Shown: one piece after another, positions 59,201 to 64,000 of the stretch | Layout: each line of letters begins with the position of its first letter | How positions within the stretch are numbered: the first letter of the stretch is position 1 | NCBI RefSeq assembly: GCF_964194025.1 | Contig: NC_134472.1 | Coordinates: forward strand, 67,518,001-67,582,000 | Direction of reading: 5' to 3' | DNA length: 64,000 bases | Origin: Convolutriloba macropyga | Lineage: Eukaryota | Translations under genes and position numbers: made by a program | The notes under the pieces: model-generated | Databases searched by the model: none | Seen by the model: the letters and a program-made list of their open reading frames with translations, nothing else | What the model was told of the DNA's origin: nothing

Positions 59201-61635
59201 ATCAATGAGAGGTCACATCCAATTTCTTGTATTCCAAAAAATAGCATATCTACTGATATTTTTTGTCACCCATGCTTTGTTTGTTGGTCAATAAACGTTT
59301 TTTGAGTGGTCATTTTGCGCTTCTTTTTCTCTTCTTTCAGAACAATCTCGTAACAGATCCCAATGGTTTACAAATGTGGCCCAAATAAACTTATCTCATC
59401 TCTCAATATAATTCTCCTGCAGCTAAATTAGTAGATATAAGAATTGAATTAAAAATACATAATTTTCAGATAATAGCTAATGATTTCAATAGTAGCAATA
59501 GTTTGTGTTTTCGCAAATCGTTTCTACTTTTTAAGGTTTTTCTTTAGTTCGTTTCTAAGGCTTAAACTACACAAAGACATCTCTTTTGTGTTTTGTAGTA
59601 ACTTTTTTGGTAATTTATCATGGATTTTTTAGTTGAAAGCTTCTGAACTTTCTTTTAAATACTTGAAATTTCTTGGTTTAAAAAATGTTGATTAATTTTT
59701 GAATTTCGCCTCATTGATCGTAACATAGTCCCATTAAGAAAACGTTCCGTCCGCTGTATAGTTAGGACAAATTAAATTTGAGTAGTTAAAGTTTTATCTG
59801 ACTGCATTTTGCATTTTGACGTTGTTACTATGTGCTTTTAAATTTAGATATTCAGTTTTTGCCATGAAGTTTTTGTTTTTGGTATTTTTTCGTAGTCTCT
59901 TTAGGGTCAGATCTCAGTGGCGCTGTAAAAAGGCATGGCATTATGTAATTCAATTAGTAGATAGGTAACGATATGTAACGATTGTTTGAAACTCAAGCAT
60001 CTATTTTTGTTATTTCTTCATTTGGTTGACAATTAAGTCAAAAATGTAGATGAGCTCGGGTCGGAACATCATGTGCGAACGCACATTAACAAGCCGCCTT
60101 GTTGAAGTTTTAGATTAATCCTTTTGATGTCAGTTCTCAGTAGAGTTTTCAAGAGGAAAGCCAATGCTTTGATAGTTGCTGTATCGTAGATTGATTGTTT
60201 AGTTCGATGGAAAAATAATGTCTGTCTGTGTGATCTAAATTGTATTATACTCCAATTGAAAATTTTATACTCCAATTGAAAATCAAGGAAGATCACGTTG
60301 TATCTGTTGGTTTTAATTAGGGCTCTATTAGTGAACAGATATCATTATATTGTTTTGTCTATGAGAAGCAAAGATTACACGTGAAATTAAAAGCACTAAA
60401 TTTAGATAAGCATATATTTTATATTTGTCTAAGTGGATAATTTTGCAGCTGTAGCTGTGCACAGCCGTCTGTCGACATGATGTTTTTGATTTCAAACCAG
60501 TGGATATAAATTTTACGGGAAACTTTAAACTCTTAAAACGGCAAAATGCCTTTAACGGCGCCTCCTGTTAAGAAGTAAAACTCAATCTCACCATTTTTGT
60601 TCAGTTTATCAATTTCATCGGTTTGGTTCACTTCACTTCCTAAAGTATTTTGTTTGCAGGTCACCAGAGTATCTTGCAATTAATGACGAAGCTATCGCTT
60701 GTGCGAGACGTCTCTTTAATGTTCCGAACAACTACAAAGTTTTCTTCATGTCCGGTGGAGGCACTGGTCAATTCTCAGCTGTTCCTCTCAATTTACTGGG
60801 CGAAGGCAAAACGGCTGATTATGTTGTAACTGGCACCTGGTCCGATAAGGCCATGAAAGAGGCCAAAAAGTATGGAACTGTGAACAATGTCCACCCTTTG
60901 TCAAAGTTCACTTCAGTTCCAGACGAAAGTCTTTGGTCCAGGACTAAGGACGCCAGTTATCTTTACTACTGTGATAATGAAACGGTCCATGGTGTAGAAT
61001 TCCCCTTCATTCCGAGTAACGAGGGTGATTTCGCCAATGTTCCAGTTGTTGCTGATATGAGCTCCAACTTCGGAACTCGACTTTTTGATATAAACAGATT
61101 TGGCGCTGTGTACGCGGCGGTCCAGAAAAATCTAGGACCCGCCGGATGCACGGTGGTAATTGCACGTGAGGATCTCTTAGGAAAAGCGCACAAGTTTTGT
61201 CCCCAAATTTTGGATTATGACCAGATTGCGAAAGGTAATTCGGTGATGAACACCCCAGTTACCTTCAGCGTTTATATGACTAAGTTGGTCATGGAGTGGG
61301 TGGAACATAACGGAGGTTTGGAGCAGATGGAGAAAGATTCCCATATCAAGTCCACGATGCTGTATAATATCATTGACAACTCGGACGGTTTCTACACCTC
61401 GGTGGTCGACAAGTCTTACAGGTCCAGGTGCAATGTTGTGTTCAGACTCAAAGGCGGTGATACAGACTTGGAATCGGCGTTTGTGTCTGCGGCTAAGAAG
61501 AGTAATCTGTTGTCACTGAAAGGTCACCGAAGTGTGGGAGGAATTAGGGCATCAATTTATAATGCGATATCGACTCCAATGGTGGAGAAATTGGCAGAGT
61601 TTATGAAGGACTTCCAAGCTAATCACAGCACTTGA
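41112..61635 (+). CDS. PSAT1: Phosphoserine aminotransferase, 2 exons (41112-41293, 60660-61635), about 385 aa
   Basis: [16 protein letters not shown]|S split in phase 2 (AG|gttggc ... ttgcag|G), [28 protein letters not shown] lysine in [25 protein letters not shown]. Confidence 0.96.
41346..42300 (+). mobile_element. HINE-like element, family B2, just inside the PSAT1 intron
   Basis: Homologous over its length to 38923-39982, with the same termini. Confidence 0.72.
42491..42560 (+). other. tRNA-derived (SINE-head-like) fragment
   Basis: A-box-like TTTAGTGG and B box GGTTCGAACCC at tRNA spacing, but no complete cloverleaf. Confidence 0.4.
43447..43702 (-). repeat. Gypsy 3' LTR
   Basis: Identical by eye to 48997-49252; preceded on the minus strand by the PPT AGGAGGGGGAGATA (43703-43716). 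Confidence 0.97.
44360..47735 (-). pseudogene. pol: Gypsy pol (protease, RT, RNase H, integrase, C-terminal PHD finger) with a 1-bp frameshift near 46865
   Basis: Protease IADTGS; [28 protein letters not shown]; RNase H TTDAS, ELLAI, FTDHKP; integrase HHCC, HLDIVG/TDRGSQF/GQIERFH, APYSGPH; then a C4HC3 finger. Confidence 0.93.
44420..44554 (-). other. ING-type PHD finger at the integrase C-terminus
   Basis: [45 protein letters not shown] has C4HC3 spacing with the ING hallmarks YCLC, M-x-x-C, WFH-x-x-CVGL and PKGxW. Confidence 0.9.
47724..48803 (-). pseudogene. gag: Gypsy gag with a Gly-rich N-terminus and a premature TAG at 47961-47963
   Basis: [28 protein letters not shown] capsid-like motif. 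The same frame continues past the TAG into [19 protein letters not shown] (Cys/His motif) and ends TCA AAC TAG at 47724, overlapping pol in the -1 frame. Confidence 0.85.
48987..48995 (-). promoter_or_regulatory. Gypsy primer-binding site TGGTGACCC (likely tRNA-Trp)
   Basis: Lies one nt inside the 5' LTR and is complementary to the GGGTCACCA 3' end typical of tRNA-Trp. Confidence 0.7.
48997..49252 (-). repeat. Gypsy 5' LTR
   Basis: Identical by eye to 43447-43702; followed on the minus strand by the PBS. Confidence 0.97.
49666..58272. repeat. Tandem array of four ~2.2-kb units (starts 49666, 51673, 53899, 56114)
   Basis: Near-identical long units; the same short spurious ORFs recur with this period; unit 1 has a ~220-bp deletion near 50912. 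Confidence 0.97.
50057..60102 (+). mobile_element. Family A HINE-like element whose 5' part is tandemly amplified
   Basis: 5' end gttccgaccccacttgtgggg repeated in each 2.2-kb unit; a single 3' end gggtcggaac-ATGTGCGaaCGCACAT-taACAAGccgcCTTGT at 60057-60102. Confidence 0.65.
58424..58630. repeat. ~102-bp exact tandem duplication
   Basis: actaataattcccattggtttagggaagacg...cttctggc occurs twice head-to-tail. Confidence 0.9.
60660..61635 (+). CDS. PSAT1: PSAT1 exon 2
   Basis: Acceptor tttgcag; open frame to TGA containing all remaining SerC motifs. Confidence 0.96.
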
Positions 61636-62789
61636 AAGGACTTCTATGCTTCTTGAAACAACAGACTCTCAATGCTTAATCTTGCCAACAATAGGCTTTT
61701 GAAACTAAATTGAGCTACATTAATAATCAATTATTACAATCATCACTGGTTCCAATTGTCAATAGCTTCCTGGGTTCCATTTATCTGGCTTTTTTGATAG
61801 GCTGTCTCCTTTGCCAGTATCTCGGAATTCGAATTGTTGGCAATATATTTATTGATATGAAATTAATGGTGCACAGTTGTTGAGGTCTATCGTATTGAGT
61901 TGTGATAATGGGTGATATTGTAAAGTTTCTAATTTGCATAAAGATATTGAATTTGAATTGGATATAAGCGTCTTACCGTCTTTGCATGCTGTGAAAATAA
62001 CAGATCTTGCAATCTTTGCATCTCCTTGCAACAAGCAAAGGGGAGGGGGTGAGTATTGAACAATCAGAATCAGAATAGCAGAGTATTATTAGGTTTGACA
62101 CAAAATATACTATACTCAATTAAATTCTCGAATTAAATCACACAATTAAATTCTCAAATTCAACCCGAATTAAATCACGCTGGTATTTATCAAAAATGAA
62201 ATACAAAAGAAAATAAATTGCAACAGGATGGACGGTGGGGACACATCACATAGGTGAGAAATGGTTCAGTATTCTCTACTTGGAGCCAAAGGTGATTAAT
62301 AAATAGTAATTAATAAAACACATAAATTTTCTGAAAATAGTAGAAAACTAGAACTTTTGATATCGGTAACATAATATACCCTATGCCGAAATGGCCAATG
62401 AACCAATATAACAAATGTATTCCCTTCGATCCTTGCCTTCAGTAATCCTATTAAAAATTTGCAATCGGTATTACGAGCATGTTTATCATACGTAATCAAT
62501 AATTCATACAATAATTTAATTCATACGATTCATGGGACCAAACATGGGATGCATACGATAATTTAATCCCATGTTTGGTCGTGATAACTTCATATTAAGT
62601 CACACGGGCCGCTGAGGCATGTTCATGGTCTGGGAGACATGGGCAAATGCACTTCCAAAATATTATGCTGAGTAATCGTTCGGGTAATGTCAACGTAGGA
62701 CAAAATATTGGGTATATTTTGGAAGTTTTTGCACATTGGGTATATTGGTATTGGGTTTTGGGCTGTCACTGAAATTATACATCTTGTAT

Positions 62790-63183
62790 GGTTACATGAC
62801 AATTTACCCAATGCCATTATACCCAATGCCAAAATACCCAATGCCAAAATACCCAATGCCAAAATACCCAATGCCATTATACCCAATTCACATTGACATT
62901 TTCGTTCAATAATCCGAGTACTAATTAGCAGAAAATAGCTCTTACTCGTATGATTTAACAAGCGGATAATTTAATCTCATGTTTGGTTGTGATAGTTTCA
63001 TATCAAGTCCCATGGGCCGCTGAGGCATGGCCATGACCATTAAGCATGTTAACACATATGAGTAATAGCGACTGCTAATTTGTTGTTGGATTGTTGAACG
63101 AAACCATCAAAGTACATTGGGTATAATGGCATCGGGTATATTGGCATTGGGTATAATGGCATTGGGTAAATTGTCCTGACACC
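62790..63183. mobile_element. MuDR-like MITE with long TIRs built from 15-bp repeats
   Basis: Left end GGTTACATGACAATTTACCCAATGCC... is the inverse of right end ...GGCATTGGGTAAATTGTCCTGACACC; 9-bp TSD atcttgtat/atcttggat (one mismatch). Confidence 0.8.
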
Positions 63184-64000
63184 ATCTTGGATACCGTTAC
63201 ATTTGGGGATTGATGTAATTCTTACGTGTTGCTCTGTTAGCTCTCATTTGGCTAATCATTCAAATGAGTGGATCCATGACGTCTCAACGTTTTCTTTTGA
63301 AGTTTTTTTTCTAAGAAAAATTGAAAACGCAAGAAGTCGGGAACAGATTGAATCCACGCAAATTAGCAGTTAATACAATTTCGTTTCAGTTGATTAATTT
63401 ATTCGGCCGGTCGTTTGCATTCAGTAGCTTCATACGAAAAGGAATGTCACCGCTTTTTATATCAGAATGTCTTCTAAGTGAAGTAAATTAGTTAATTGCT
63501 TTTCTCAATAATGGTTTTTCTTTGCCAATGGCCTATTGTGAGTCCATTAATTGCTCCATTGTCAACAGACGGGTGAAAGATATACCATGTTAGTTGGTTA
63601 GTTTCCGTAGCTTGAAAAGAATTGAGGATATATCTGTGTCTATTGTAATTGTGTTCAAACGTATTTATTAAAAGCAAGCTCTTGTTTCTTCTTGTAGCAG
63701 GTTTAGTATCAGTTGCAGGTCTTTAAGTTTGTTATATACTAGTAAAAAATTAACTTAAACTGTAAATGAGCGAGGAACGCACAGTTGTTCACTAGCTAGT
63801 AAAAAAGTTTAGATTACGTGATAAGGCCACTGTGTGATGACGTAAAGATATTCATTGTAAAAATGTGCATTTTCATCAGCCAGAATTTTGAAGTGATTTT
63901 AGCAGTCATCTAGTCTTGTTTGAAGCACGCAATTTGCAATTTTAAAAATGACAGTTTTATTATCTTGCACTAATTATAGGACAACCTAGCTTTATACAAT

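Noticed and set aside
62623-62961. LGILA/IPNAK pentapeptide-repeat ORFs
   Set aside because: Translation of the 15-bp MITE terminal repeats.

Overview
AT-rich eukaryotic (most likely invertebrate animal) genomic DNA with GT-AG introns. Three host genes lie on the + strand. (1) A 9-exon ABCG half-transporter (755-24892, about 778 aa) with a degenerate Q-loop and signature motif. (2) A solitary, intronless, divergent histone H3 variant (25276-25692). (3) A two-exon phosphoserine aminotransferase (PSAT1/serC, 41112-61635) with a 19.4-kb intron. The rest is largely mobile DNA: an internally deleted BEL/Pao LTR element (9786-11032), a decayed near-full BEL/Pao element carrying an in-frame Gly-rich 90-bp repeat inside pol (27982-34310), a very young Gypsy/Ty3 element with identical 256-bp LTRs and a GAAG TSD (43447-49252), two families of Helentron/HINE-like non-autonomous elements, a Helitron-like array of tRNA-like units, a 4 x ~2.2-kb tandem array, and a MuDR-like MITE. 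The top lead is the Gypsy integrase, which ends in an ING-type PHD finger with the H3K4me3 aromatic-cage residues intact, at the position where chromoviruses carry a chromodomain. This suggests integration targeted to active promoters. All calls were made by eye; no searches were run.
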